Below the pieces are notes generated by a model. The model searched no databases and was not told where the DNA came from. It was given only the letters and a program-made list of their open reading frames with translations. The translations under genes were made by a program, and so were the position numbers. Shown here piece by piece: positions 14,398 through 26,768 of a stretch of DNA of 40,214 bases. Position 1 is the first letter of the stretch. Each line of letters starts with the position of its first letter. The stretch covers positions 1 through 40,214 of IMG/VR virus record IMGVR_UViG_3300042315_000125. The stretch is one strand, 5' to 3'. The stretch is from a virus. Its lineage: Duplodnaviria; Caudoviricetes.

Positions 14398-14841
14398 TTA
14401 TTTCTCCTGTTTCTTTTTAGGTAATAGTCTAGGAAGTTTTATCTTCTTAGGTATCTTACCCATCCAACTAAACCAGTTGGAATCATCGTTAGCGTACTTA
14501 TCCTTTATGGATATATGTAAATGTTTATTATGTGGATTACTTCCTTTATAAACTCTTTCACCATCTTCTTGATTCCAAATCTTACCTTTAAATATTAGAT
14601 ACTTAACTCTGTTATCTAACTGTAATCTTTCATATATATCTTGACAATCAACCCCATTAGCAAGGTCGTGAGTTAAATCTACTGCTAGTCCTGTATTGTG
14701 ATCTGAGTTAGGACTTTGTTTAATGTGTGCCGATGAAGGCAAGAGTCCGTCTGAGGCTTTCTTGCGCTTGGGCCACAGCGCTGTCGCTTGTCTTAGTACT
14801 GCTACTGCAGCAGGTGTCGCTCTCTTTACAACAGGTTTCAT
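14398..14841 (-). CDS. Endolysin, M15-like Zn peptidase
   Basis: SDHNTGLAVDL (H-x6-D) and HNKHLHIS (HxH). Confidence 0.8.
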   Translation of the reverse strand: MKPVVKRATPAAVAVLRQATALWPKRKKASDGLLPSSAHIKQSPNSDHNTGLAVDLTHDLANGVDCQDIYERLQLDNRVKYLIFKGKIWNQEDGERVYKGSNPHNKHLHISIKDKYANDDSNWFSWMGKIPKKIKLPRLLPKKKQEK

Positions 14842-15095
14842 TAGACATCCTTTATTCCTTTATCCATTAATAGTAAATGTAATGCTTTGACTTTGTCTGG
14901 TCTAAATCCTGACCAGTGGAAATTGTTATATACAACTACTGGTGCTTGTTTATATCCTAGTTCTGCTATCTTTTCAGAGGCTTCTTTATCTTCACTTAAA
15001 TCTACTGTTGAGTATTTTACATTATGTCTATCTAAATATTTCTTAGTCATATCACACTGCACACACTCTGGTAATGTATAAACTATTACTGCCAT
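14841..15095 (-). CDS. nrdH: NrdH-redoxin (glutaredoxin-like)
   Basis: CVQC active site, APVV and WSGFRPD. Confidence 0.92.
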   Translation of the reverse strand: MAVIVYTLPECVQCDMTKKYLDRHNVKYSTVDLSEDKEASEKIAELGYKQAPVVVYNNFHWSGFRPDKVKALHLLLMDKGIKDV

Positions 15096-15105
15096 ACTAG
15101 CCCCC

Positions 15106-15303
15106 TTATTGTTTTTTGATAAGTATACTGATTATCTCCTCAACTTGTCTCTCTAATCTATCGACGGAATCACGCAAACTTGAGCCACCATTCGGGCGAA
15201 GTTCAGATAGATAGTGCTTTACGAGGTGTCTAACCCCCATTGCCACCGCTCCAATAAGGGTTGTAACGGATACGGCTATGGCAGCCCAATCGCTAGGAGA
15301 CAT
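15106..15303 (-). CDS. Small membrane protein of the lysis cassette
   Basis: N-terminal TM helix, PNGGSSLRD and a coiled coil. Confidence 0.75.
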   Translation of the reverse strand: MSPSDWAAIAVSVTTLIGAVAMGVRHLVKHYLSELRPNGGSSLRDSVDRLERQVEEIISILIKKQ

Positions 15304-15305
15304 AG

Positions 15306-17504
15306 TTATACCTTTCGAATTGTAATCAGAAGCACTCCTCCGTAACCGGAGTAACGCTTGTCAGTAGGTGTTCGGTTAATAAAGTCTTGCTCTTCGATTA
15401 GTCCTAAGTAGGATTCACCGGTACGGAAATCTTGTACCAATACAGTATCTCCGACATCTTCGATTCGCTCTAGTACTTGCTGGCGGTTATATGCAGCACC
15501 GTCATAGCCAGCTTGGTTATTAAACTTGTCCATCTCAAAGTCATAGCACATAGCAGGGTATTGAATTAACCGCTGACGTGGGATAGATGGAAGAGTGTTA
15601 ACTTGGTATCCGGTAAACTTAGGTCCCAAGGTAGAGTCAGTAGTATCTCTAGTAAATTCAAATAGGAATCCTAGATACTGTTGAGGTGTAGCAGGGTATG
15701 GAATACCGATCTGAGTCAGGCTTGATCCTTGAGGATATGAACCAATATTAGTTTCAGCGTTATTAGCCTGTACGGAATAGATTGTTATACCACCATTAGT
15801 AGTATCAAAGCGTGGTGTTAAAGTCTTAAAGATCTTATTCTCTAAAGTGTTGTAACGGATAAAGCCAGTCTCTAAATAAGCGTTAGGCACTAATGTAGAT
15901 TCTTCTTCAATATATACAGCGCCATCAGTTACTACATAATTAGTCACAAAGGTTAATCGGTTAGTGTTACCATTAAAAGCGCAAGCGGTAGTTAAACGTC
16001 CTGTAACACCAGGCTTATATAGATCCCAAGCGTAAGCAAAGATTAGGTTAGCACCTACCTGTTGACCAAGATCTACTCTAGTTACTCCAGGATTACCATC
16101 AACACTAGTAGCACACCAAAGGTATCTATCTCTAAATGCTACATCGTAGACTGGTTGCTCTGATTCAAATAATAAAGGACCATAAGAAATAGAGCCATCT
16201 TGTGCTCCAGCAACAGTTGCTATTCGTAAACCTTCAGAGGTTCCAATAGCTACATAACCTAGGTAGTAAGCAATTTTAAATACTCTCTCACCTACTGGTA
16301 ATTCAGCAGCGGTGATAGCACTAGTTAAGGTAGGCATAACGCCAGAGGTATTTAAGGTAAACTTAAAGATATTAGATTGGATACCGCTATAGGCGGCTAT
16401 ATAAATTGCAGCACCTGATGAGGTAATTGAAGTATAAACTATATCTTGATCAGGATGAGTATATACGGCTGCTGGAATAAGGGCTGTTCCTGTTGCGGTA
16501 CCAGTTCCTGATGAAACACCAACTGTTGTATTTGTAACAGTAAATTGGCTTGAACTTGCTGTGGCAATTATTAAGTTTGCTAAGTTTAAAGATGCACCAG
16601 ATGCAATACCTAATCCAGTAACAGTTACTAACTGTCCAACTGTAAAGGTATTAGTTGCTGTATATGTGATTGTTGTTCCGCTACCAGTTGCTGCCGTAAC
16701 AGAAGCAGTTTGTGCTGCTGGTGTTGTAGTAATTTCATAGACTTTATTATTGATACCAGCAACAATACGCTGTTTAGTAAATTCAATAACTGCATTAGTA
16801 ACTGTAAGACCAACGCTAGTATAAAGAAGAGTACCTGGTGTACTTGTATCAGCAGTTAATAATTTACTATATAATCTTAACTCTCCAGTAGGGGAAGAGT
16901 TAGTTATCCAATAAGCAAATACACCATCATCACAGACGGAGAATATACGGGCATCGGTAGGTGATACATTAGTTACAAAAGCTGTAGCGGTTCCATTAAC
17001 TGCTATCTTGCGGATGGTGTAATCATCGTGAAGTAAGACACCGTTGGTACTAGACCAGCGAATAGATCTAGTGTACTGGTATGGACGCAGGTTAGAAGCA
17101 AGAGTACCAGTGGTTGTATTACTGGAGGTCACATCTCTAAGTAGGGTTACTTGACCCTTAGTCCAGATATCGCAACCTTTAGAGTATTTGTATTGGAAAC
17201 GAAGTGACTCATCTTGTGCTGGTTCAAAGAAGTTAATACCTTGACCTAAATGAAATGTTGATTGAGAACGGATCCACCAACCGGTAAGAGTCTGCTCACC
17301 AGGTTCTCTGGTGGTATCTAATTGTTGCTTACGATACTGTGCAGTTACTCGACGGTATGGTGAGTCATCACTAGTCTCTAGGAAGAATGGTTGTCCACCA
17401 ATAGCAATATCGTAGGCAACGGTTGATCCGTTATATGATGAATTAACTGGAGGGTTCGAGAGGTTATACGGAATTGCCTCGGTAATATCATCGCCATAAG
17501 CCAT
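15306..17504 (-). CDS. Tail structural protein (possible nozzle/tail tubular B-like, beta-rich)
   Basis: 732 aa, beta-propeller-like composition, last structural gene before lysis; function inferred from position. Confidence 0.65.
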   Translation of the reverse strand: MAYGDDITEAIPYNLSNPPVNSSYNGSTVAYDIAIGGQPFFLETSDDSPYRRVTAQYRKQQLDTTREPGEQTLTGWWIRSQSTFHLGQGINFFEPAQDESLRFQYKYSKGCDIWTKGQVTLLRDVTSSNTTTGTLASNLRPYQYTRSIRWSSTNGVLLHDDYTIRKIAVNGTATAFVTNVSPTDARIFSVCDDGVFAYWITNSSPTGELRLYSKLLTADTSTPGTLLYTSVGLTVTNAVIEFTKQRIVAGINNKVYEITTTPAAQTASVTAATGSGTTITYTATNTFTVGQLVTVTGLGIASGASLNLANLIIATASSSQFTVTNTTVGVSSGTGTATGTALIPAAVYTHPDQDIVYTSITSSGAAIYIAAYSGIQSNIFKFTLNTSGVMPTLTSAITAAELPVGERVFKIAYYLGYVAIGTSEGLRIATVAGAQDGSISYGPLLFESEQPVYDVAFRDRYLWCATSVDGNPGVTRVDLGQQVGANLIFAYAWDLYKPGVTGRLTTACAFNGNTNRLTFVTNYVVTDGAVYIEEESTLVPNAYLETGFIRYNTLENKIFKTLTPRFDTTNGGITIYSVQANNAETNIGSYPQGSSLTQIGIPYPATPQQYLGFLFEFTRDTTDSTLGPKFTGYQVNTLPSIPRQRLIQYPAMCYDFEMDKFNNQAGYDGAAYNRQQVLERIEDVGDTVLVQDFRTGESYLGLIEEQDFINRTPTDKRYSGYGGVLLITIRKV

Positions 17505-17573
17505 TAGCTCTCCTTAAATTTGGACATAAAAATAAGAGCCTTTTAGCCTCGGTGCTCAGGAGGAACTAACTAA

Positions 17574-17918
17574 TTAAAGTGCTGGTACTTCAACCCAAGA
17601 GGTTGTATCTTCATCCCAGCGATAAAATTTATCATCAACTGGTTTTGAAGTTGGTGCTTCCCACAGATAAGTATCTGAGTCCTTTGTCCAAGATGGGAAT
17701 GGTTGTGGGGCTGCAAAGCCTGTTCCATCCCAAGTGTATCCAATACCTGCATAATTTTTATGTAATGCTACTCCACCTTCGCGGCTGTTAACATTACCTT
17801 TTGTGTTGTATGAAGTTTGAACCCAAGTACCACCTAGGTTAGTCTCACACCATTCTTTAGAATCGGCAACGATAACCTGAGTCACCACACCGTCTTCTAC
17901 TTTTGCATAATGAGCCAT
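17574..17918 (-). CDS. Tail-fibre-associated Trp/Pro-rich protein
   Basis: WVQTSYN, KNYAGIGYTWD, PQPFPSW and YRWDE; follows the Gly-rich adhesin. Confidence 0.75.
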   Translation of the reverse strand: MAHYAKVEDGVVTQVIVADSKEWCETNLGGTWVQTSYNTKGNVNSREGGVALHKNYAGIGYTWDGTGFAAPQPFPSWTKDSDTYLWEAPTSKPVDDKFYRWDEDTTSWVEVPAL

Positions 17919-18121
17919 TATTTATCCTTGTCTTCTCCGTAAAGAGTTACTGTATTTACTAATTTAACATCTCGTTTTGTAACTATTCCGCCCTTTTCAT
18001 CTAGCTGTGCTTTAGCGGATACTTCGTCATCGCCTATGATATGAACTAACATTACTACTTCATAACTGAAGCATTGGGTTTTTTTTGTTTCTTTAATACT
18101 TGTTACATTGTCTTTTGACAT
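17918..18121 (-). CDS. Hypothetical protein
   Basis: 67 aa, SD AAAGGG, TAATG coupling. Confidence 0.75.
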   Translation of the reverse strand: MSKDNVTSIKETKKTQCFSYEVVMLVHIIGDDEVSAKAQLDEKGGIVTKRDVKLVNTVTLYGEDKDK

Positions 18122-18133
18122 ATTACCCTTTCG

Positions 18134-19762
18134 TTAGACTGCATATCTTACTATAACTATGCCTGAGCCACCAGATTGTGGATCACCAACACCATCACCA
18201 GATTCTCCACCACCACCGCCACCTGTGTTAGCAGTTCCAGCAGTTGAGCCACCAGTAGAGTAAATACCACCATCTCCACCACCACCCTTATTAGCAGTAG
18301 TTGATGTTCCACCACCTAAACCTCTTACACCTGATGCGTTGTTTGTTCCACCACCGCCACCACCAGCATAAGTAATAGAAGATCCAGTAATTGCAACACT
18401 GACGGCTGATCCGCCATCACCACCTGAGTAAATTACGCCAGCACCTTGTGCGCCAACACTTGCAGAACCGCCACCACCACCTGATCCAGAAGTAGAAGAA
18501 GTTGCAGCGCCACCATAACCTTGATTTGCAGTTCCTGTACCACCACTAACATTACTATTAGATCTTGCTCCACCGCCTGATCCACCATTAGCACCAGCAG
18601 CATTATCTTCACTACCACCACCACCGCCACCAGTTGAAGTGATTGTTGAAAATACAGAGTTAGAACCATTAGAACCTTTAGCATTTACACTTACTGCACC
18701 TGCTCCACCTGCACCAATTGTTACTGTATAAGCCTGAGCGGTTAAAGATAAAGCGGATTCTAAAGAACCTCCACCACCAGTTGCAGTTACGGTAGAACGC
18801 AAACCACCTGCACCACCACCGCCTCCGGCTCTAGCGCCTCCGCCACCTCCACCTGCTACAACTAAATACTGAGCAGTTAGGCTTTCAAATGGAGTAAATG
18901 TTCCTGATGAAGTAAATGTGTGTACTGCAAAACCAGTAATAAATGTTATTGTTCCACCAGATGCTTTTACACCAGTAATAAAATTACCAGATGAAGTAAA
19001 GGTATGGATTGTATTTCCACCAGATGTAGTTACAGTTCCACCTACTGCTTTTTGTGTTGTACCAGAGTAACGGGCTATTACAATTCCTGAACCGCCATTA
19101 CCGCCACCATATCCATTGTTATTTTGATTTGCTGCACCACCGCCACCATTACCTCTATTAGCAGTACCATTAACTCCAGCATTATCACTAACATTAGAAC
19201 CGCCACCATTACCGCCTTCTGCATAAGTGACAGCAGAACCAGTTATTGAATTACTTGTACCTGAACCTTTATTTGACTGTGGGTGGGTATTACCACTTGT
19301 ATTTCCGCCAGCACCTGCTGAACCACCACCACCGCCTCCAGCAACACCATCATTTCCAGTACCTCCTCCATAACCTTCTACGGGAGAATATGAACCAGAG
19401 TTACCAGATGCACCAGCGCCTGAATGGCCACCGCCACCAGATCCGCCTGTACTTGGCGCAACAGTATTTTGTCCACCATAACCACCACCTGATGCTGTTG
19501 TACTACCAAAAATTGAATTTGATCCAACTGTAGGTGAAACGCTAGGTCCGTACCATTGACCACCAGTACCACCAGCACCAACTGTAACTGTGTAACTAGT
19601 ATTTAATGCTAAAGTTTGCGCTGTAAAATTACGATAACCTCCCGCACCACCACCACCACCGCGATTACCACCGCCTCCAGCACCTCCAGCGACAACAAGG
19701 TAGTCAACAGATAGTCCAAGGTTTCCTGAAATGGCTGAAGCAATAATTCCTATAATTGGCAT
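18134..19762 (-). CDS. Glycine-rich putative receptor-binding adhesin with two tandem Gly-rich domains
   Basis: Two repeats running YLVVAGG.GGG to GGSGIVI.RY, separated by two GGT...HTFTSSG units. Confidence 0.8.
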   Translation of the reverse strand: MPIIGIIASAISGNLGLSVDYLVVAGGAGGGGNRGGGGGAGGYRNFTAQTLALNTSYTVTVGAGGTGGQWYGPSVSPTVGSNSIFGSTTASGGGYGGQNTVAPSTGGSGGGGHSGAGASGNSGSYSPVEGYGGGTGNDGVAGGGGGGSAGAGGNTSGNTHPQSNKGSGTSNSITGSAVTYAEGGNGGGSNVSDNAGVNGTANRGNGGGGAANQNNNGYGGGNGGSGIVIARYSGTTQKAVGGTVTTSGGNTIHTFTSSGNFITGVKASGGTITFITGFAVHTFTSSGTFTPFESLTAQYLVVAGGGGGGARAGGGGGAGGLRSTVTATGGGGSLESALSLTAQAYTVTIGAGGAGAVSVNAKGSNGSNSVFSTITSTGGGGGGSEDNAAGANGGSGGGARSNSNVSGGTGTANQGYGGAATSSTSGSGGGGGSASVGAQGAGVIYSGGDGGSAVSVAITGSSITYAGGGGGGTNNASGVRGLGGGTSTTANKGGGGDGGIYSTGGSTAGTANTGGGGGGESGDGVGDPQSGGSGIVIVRYAV

Positions 19763-20169
19763 TAGGCTATATCTCCTACTACTAAGAATGTATTAGAGGC
19801 TGTACAAATTACTGAAGCTGTTGACCACTGTGCTCTAAGTTTAGGAGCGGTAGCTGTAGCACCGGTTGAGTTAATAGTTACACCTGCGCCTTGATCAAAG
19901 GTTACTTGACCTGCACCAGTTTGAGCAATATTAATAGTGTCATTAGCAGAAAATACTGAAGGAGGAATTGTTATAGTAATAGGACTAGCATTGCTTGCAG
20001 TTACTAAATCATTAACATCACCTGCTACTAGAGTGTATGTCGTGCCAGTCTGAGAAGTAATTGCTAGGACTGAACTAGAAGATCCAGTTGGTCCAGTAGC
20101 TCCATTAGGTCCGGTAGGTCCTGTAGGTCCCGTTGGTCCTGTAGTTACACCAATTAGTGATATTGACAT
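19762..20169 (-). CDS. Short collagen-repeat tail fibre protein
   Basis: (GPT)n stretch plus a ~100-aa domain paralogous to the C-terminus of 20495-21364. Confidence 0.8.
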   Translation of the reverse strand: MSISLIGVTTGPTGPTGPTGPNGATGPTGSSSSVLAITSQTGTTYTLVAGDVNDLVTASNASPITITIPPSVFSANDTINIAQTGAGQVTFDQGAGVTINSTGATATAPKLRAQWSTASVICTASNTFLVVGDIA

Positions 20170-20495
20170 TAGGCTATCTCCGATCCGAAGGCGCTAAAAG
20201 CGCAGTCATTATTTGTTGAAATTACTGTGATTACATCTGCAGCATCCATAGTTAAACCAGAGGTATAGGCAAGTGTAACTTTAGGGTTCAATATTAAACC
20301 ATTTATTATGTATTGATCTGTTGCTATAGAAGCACCATTCTTACGAATTGCTATGCTAATAGTTGAATTAGTAGTACCAGTATTTACCACATTAATAGTA
20401 GATATAACAGCCTCTGTTGCAGAAGGTACTGTATATAAATCACCCGAGGTACTTGCTGGGGCTAATTGCCCTAAGACTTTATAAGTAGTTGCCAT
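20169..20495 (-). CDS. Small tail structural protein
   Basis: MATTYKVLGQ...LYTVPS...FSAFGSEI; beta-rich; in the tail module. Confidence 0.78.
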   Translation of the reverse strand: MATTYKVLGQLAPASTSGDLYTVPSATEAVISTINVVNTGTTNSTISIAIRKNGASIATDQYIINGLILNPKVTLAYTSGLTMDAADVITVISTNNDCAFSAFGSEIA

Positions 20496-21364
20496 TAGGA
20501 TAGGTCTCCGATCACTGTGAAGTTATTACTGCTGGTACAAACAATAGTTGCTGCGCTATATTGAGCACGAGTCTTAGGTGCTGGTCCACTTGCTCCAGTA
20601 GATGTAAGAACAGTTGTTCCATCTCCTTGAACCGTTACTTGACCTGCGCCAATCTGTTGAATATTAACCTGTTGACCTGCACTAAATACTGCAGCAGGAA
20701 CGGTAACTGTTATTGATGCAGCATTATCTAACCGAACTAATTTATTAACATCAGTTACTGCTGGTGTATAGGTAGTACCAGTTGCTGTACTGATTGTGAT
20801 ATCAACATTATTCCAAGAAGCAGTAGATCCATCTGTCTTTAAATACTTTCCACCGTTACCAGTTTGAGAAGGTAATCCTGTAGGTGATGCAGCCCAATTA
20901 AGTCCAAGGGTTGCTGTACTATCTGCAACAAGAATCTGTCCATTAGAACCAACAGGTAATCTTTGCAGGGTTGCTGTTGTTCTACTTAATAGATCACCTT
21001 TTGTAGTTAAGGTAGATGCAGGTATTGCACCAGCCGCAGCAGTTGAACCATCTCGGAAAAAGTCTAAGTCAGAACTAGTAAGCACGTGTCTTACAGTTGC
21101 ACCGCTTGAGTGTGCTATGGCACTGCTACCAGCTCTAGCTCTTTGTATTGTAAATACGTCACCAGAGTTAGCAATAACAAAACAAATCTCTTCATTTTGA
21201 GTATCTGGATCAATAGCAATAGTAAATATGTCACCATCAGTGAAACCTGATCCTTGAATCAGTGGTGCTCCACCACCAGAGGTAACTGTCATACTGGTTG
21301 CTATATCTGTTATAGTCGAAGCCAGAGTAGTAGCTACGCTGGTTGAGGAATATACTCTTGCCAT
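20495..21364 (-). CDS. Tail fibre/spike protein
   Basis: EEICFV...TIQRA...AHSSGATVRH, TTKGDLL...RLPVGSNGQIL and GKYLKTDG fibre-type motifs. Confidence 0.78.
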   Translation of the reverse strand: MARVYSSTSVATTLASTITDIATSMTVTSGGGAPLIQGSGFTDGDIFTIAIDPDTQNEEICFVIANSGDVFTIQRARAGSSAIAHSSGATVRHVLTSSDLDFFRDGSTAAAGAIPASTLTTKGDLLSRTTATLQRLPVGSNGQILVADSTATLGLNWAASPTGLPSQTGNGGKYLKTDGSTASWNNVDITISTATGTTYTPAVTDVNKLVRLDNAASITVTVPAAVFSAGQQVNIQQIGAGQVTVQGDGTTVLTSTGASGPAPKTRAQYSAATIVCTSSNNFTVIGDLS

Positions 21365-21374
21365 TTATTCTTCC

Positions 21375-22263
21375 TTACTTGGTGTAGTGTGTTCGTATTG
21401 GGAACAGGGATTGCAACTTGACGGCCTCTTCTTGAAGACGTTGTTGGTACAAAGCGAAAACATATTTAGATGCTGAGGCACCAGATGTTGAAGGTAACTT
21501 GGTATCTGCTAAGTCTGCTTCAGCGCTGGTAAGGTTAATTCTACCGGTGTCAAGATAAGACAATAATCTGTACGCAGCGCCAAGAGTAGTAACATCCCTT
21601 GTGGATTCCGGTAGTCCCGTAACTGTTGTGTAATTATCAGTGCTATTAGTAAGGTTATTGGGTAAAGCGGAATAATAGACTTGGACTGTACGACCAGGCA
21701 TAATCTTGTCATAAATATTCACCGTCTTCGTTGTATTAAATGCTGCTACGTTAGCCATCTTATCAATACGCCACTTGTTAACCGGTAACCATTCTTTAGA
21801 TGGACCAACAGTTTGCCAAGATATATAGAGCACATCTCGTGCATCATCTGGTAATTGGTATGCAACCTGTGCTGCATTAAAGGTAAAGGTAGTTGAATAG
21901 ATACCAAATAGTTTTGGATAGTAAGAACTAATCGTATCGTTAATAGCCTGTTGAATAGTTGATCTAGGAAAGGTAGGAGTCATAGTGATCTGAGAGTTCT
22001 CAGGGTGAGGAGCTGGAGTAGTTCCTTGGTATCCTCTACCAAATCCTGGTATTGCATTTAATGTTAAGTTAGTTCTATCAAAGGATGTAATCCAAAGAAG
22101 TTCATCACCGATTTCAATAACACCTTTAGCAAGGTTCTCTGCTGATCCAATCTGAATAGTCAGGTCAGTAGCGGTAATGCCACCAGGGTTGGCTAGGTTA
22201 GTTATGCGATCTTGGCGTAGCGTATAGCCTGCAAGATTAGATCTAACCTCAGATATCATCTGA

Positions 22264-22277
<14 letters not shown>
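21375..22277 (-). CDS. Putative head-tail adaptor / tail tubular A-like protein
   Basis: 300 aa; MTTLSQMISEVR, IQQAIN, YQLPDD and GAAYRLL pattern; position in the operon. Confidence 0.6.
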
Positions 22278-25279
<3,002 letters not shown>

Positions 25280-25283
<4 letters not shown>

Positions 25284-25570
25284 TTAGCCACCTCACGCAG
25301 TGCTGCGGCAGGCTCTAATCCAGTAGTACCAGCAATAGTATTGCAAATACCAGCAATATCTAACATATCAGTACGAGTAGTAATACCACCGATATAGTTA
25401 ATAACTCCAACTGTATCTGTTATCTTACCTAGAGATACGCTCTTAGCAGCAGCCCAAGCCTGTGCTGCTCCTGCTGTATCTAAGTAAGCAGAACGTGCAG
25501 GGTAGGTGCCACCGTTAGCTAGACGATTTAATTCATCTACGAGGGTTGAACCAAAAAATCCGTATGACAC
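25280..25570 (-). CDS. Hypothetical virion protein
   Basis: GTG start after GAGGT; 96 aa. Confidence 0.75.
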
Positions 25571-25578
25571 CTTTTACC

Positions 25579-25743
25579 TCACTTCTTTTTCTTTTTAGCT
25601 ACTGCTGCGTTATCTACTAAATTTGGATAAGGTCTACCTGCTGCTTTTGCTTTTGCTTTAGCAGCGCTCTTTTGTGTTGGCGTTAACTTCTTAGAAGTTT
25701 TCTTAGGGTTCTTCTTATCCCAAAATGCTGTTTTCTTTTTCAT
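25579..25743 (-). CDS. Lys-rich micro-protein (54 aa, ...AGRPYPNLVDN...)
   Basis: Manual translation; ATGA overlap. Confidence 0.8.
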   Translation of the reverse strand: MKKKTAFWDKKNPKKTSKKLTPTQKSAAKAKAKAAGRPYPNLVDNAAVAKKKKK

Positions 25744-26018
25744 CTGCACTTACAATCCCAAGCCCGTAAAGACTTGTTTATCCTAGAGTTTGGATCTCTT
25801 GCTGTTTTAGCAGAGGTTAGTTTAGATTTCATTCCACACATACGACCACAGAAAGACTTACGTCTACCAGCAGCTTTAGGTGATTTCTTAGCCTCAGCCT
25901 TTTTTACCGGAGGTTTAAGATTCATACCTTGTGCTTTAGCAGATGCTCTACCCTTGGCGTTTAAACCACCTTTGGGATTCTTACCTGCTTTTCTTTGCCA
26001 GGCTGGACTCTCTGCCAT
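25740..26018 (-). CDS. Basic phage protein (DUF6321-like)
   Basis: PAWQRKAGKNPKGGLNAKGRAS...RRKSFCGRM...SLRAWDC; SD GGAG. Confidence 0.82.
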   Translation of the reverse strand: MAESPAWQRKAGKNPKGGLNAKGRASAKAQGMNLKPPVKKAEAKKSPKAAGRRKSFCGRMCGMKSKLTSAKTARDPNSRINKSLRAWDCKCR

Positions 26019-26139
26019 ATTCTCCGTACTTTCCTAATACTGCTCTAATAGATCCATTTTTATTAAGACGGACTATCATTCCATTCTTAATCTGAATTGG
26101 GTTAAAACCATCGTGGCGCTTGTAGCTACCTGATGACAT
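25981..26139 (-). CDS. Basic micro-protein (52 aa, MSSGSYKRHDGFN...)
   Basis: Manual translation; TAATG coupling. Confidence 0.7.
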   Translation of the reverse strand: MSSGSYKRHDGFNPIQIKNGMIVRLNKNGSIRAVLGKYGEYGRESSLAKKSR

Positions 26140-26303
26140 TACTTCTTCTTAGACTTTTTTGCTTCAGATAAAGCGATAGCAATTGCTTGCTTACGACCTT
26201 TAACTACTGGTCCCTTTTTGCTACCTGAACGTAGAGTTCCTCTTTTGAACTCACCCATTACTTTAGCCTCTTTTGTTTTTACCTTTTTTGCCATTTTTGC
26301 CAT
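26139..26303 (-). CDS. DUF6496-like basic micro-protein (54 aa)
   Basis: KVMGEFKRGTLRSGS...RKQAIAIALSEA. Confidence 0.8.
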   Translation of the reverse strand: MAKMAKKVKTKEAKVMGEFKRGTLRSGSKKGPVVKGRKQAIAIALSEAKKSKKK

Positions 26304-26487
26304 TAGGTTTCGCCTTAATCTTCTTGATAATTTTTTTGTCTATTTTTGTATCTTCACTTTGATACTTAACTTTGCGGTGTTTCTCATCCATCTTCTCAAA
26401 CGCTTTGCGCTGAGTAGGAGTTAACCGCTTCATTAACTTGGCATCAACCTTCTTATCACCCTTTTCGGTGTAAAGTTGACGGGCCAT
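26263..26487 (-). CDS. Lys-rich hypothetical protein
   Basis: 74 aa, TAATG coupling. Confidence 0.7.
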   Translation of the reverse strand: MARQLYTEKGDKKVDAKLMKRLTPTQRKAFEKMDEKHRKVKYQSEDTKIDKKIIKKIKAKPNGKNGKKGKNKRG

Positions 26488-26573
26488 TAGTTCTGGCTTG
26501 GAGCTTCTTTACCAGGAGCACCAGTCTCGATATCGTCATAACTTGCGTATCCGCATCCACATACAGCACACAT
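26487..26573 (-). CDS. 28-aa peptide with N-terminal CxxCGC motif
   Basis: MCAVCGCGYASYDDIETGAPGKEAPSQN; SD AGGTAGG; tight coupling. Confidence 0.65.
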   Translation of the reverse strand: MCAVCGCGYASYDDIETGAPGKEAPSQN

Positions 26574-26574
26574 A

Positions 26575-26739
26575 TTACTTACCTACCTTTTTCTTACCGC
26601 TAGCGAACTTAGCAGTATTGCCTTTAGTCTTAGATGGAGATACCATCATTGTTGACTTAGTGATTCCTTTGCTGCTTCCCTTGCGGAAACCAGTGTCATT
26701 GGTGGATTGAGCGCCACCGGATGATTTCATCTTCTTCAT
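26575..26739 (-). CDS. Lys/Ser/Gly-rich micro-protein (54 aa)
   Basis: Manual translation MKKMKSSGG...; SD AGGAG. Confidence 0.75.
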   Translation of the reverse strand: MKKMKSSGGAQSTNDTGFRKGSSKGITKSTMMVSPSKTKGNTAKFASGKKKVGK

Positions 26740-26768
26740 AGTTGCTCCTATTTTCTATTTAGTGACGC

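Noticed and set aside
18134-19762. Diversity-generating retroelement target/template pair
   Set aside because: No reverse transcriptase is present, and the two Gly-rich repeats are diverged generally rather than only at adenines.
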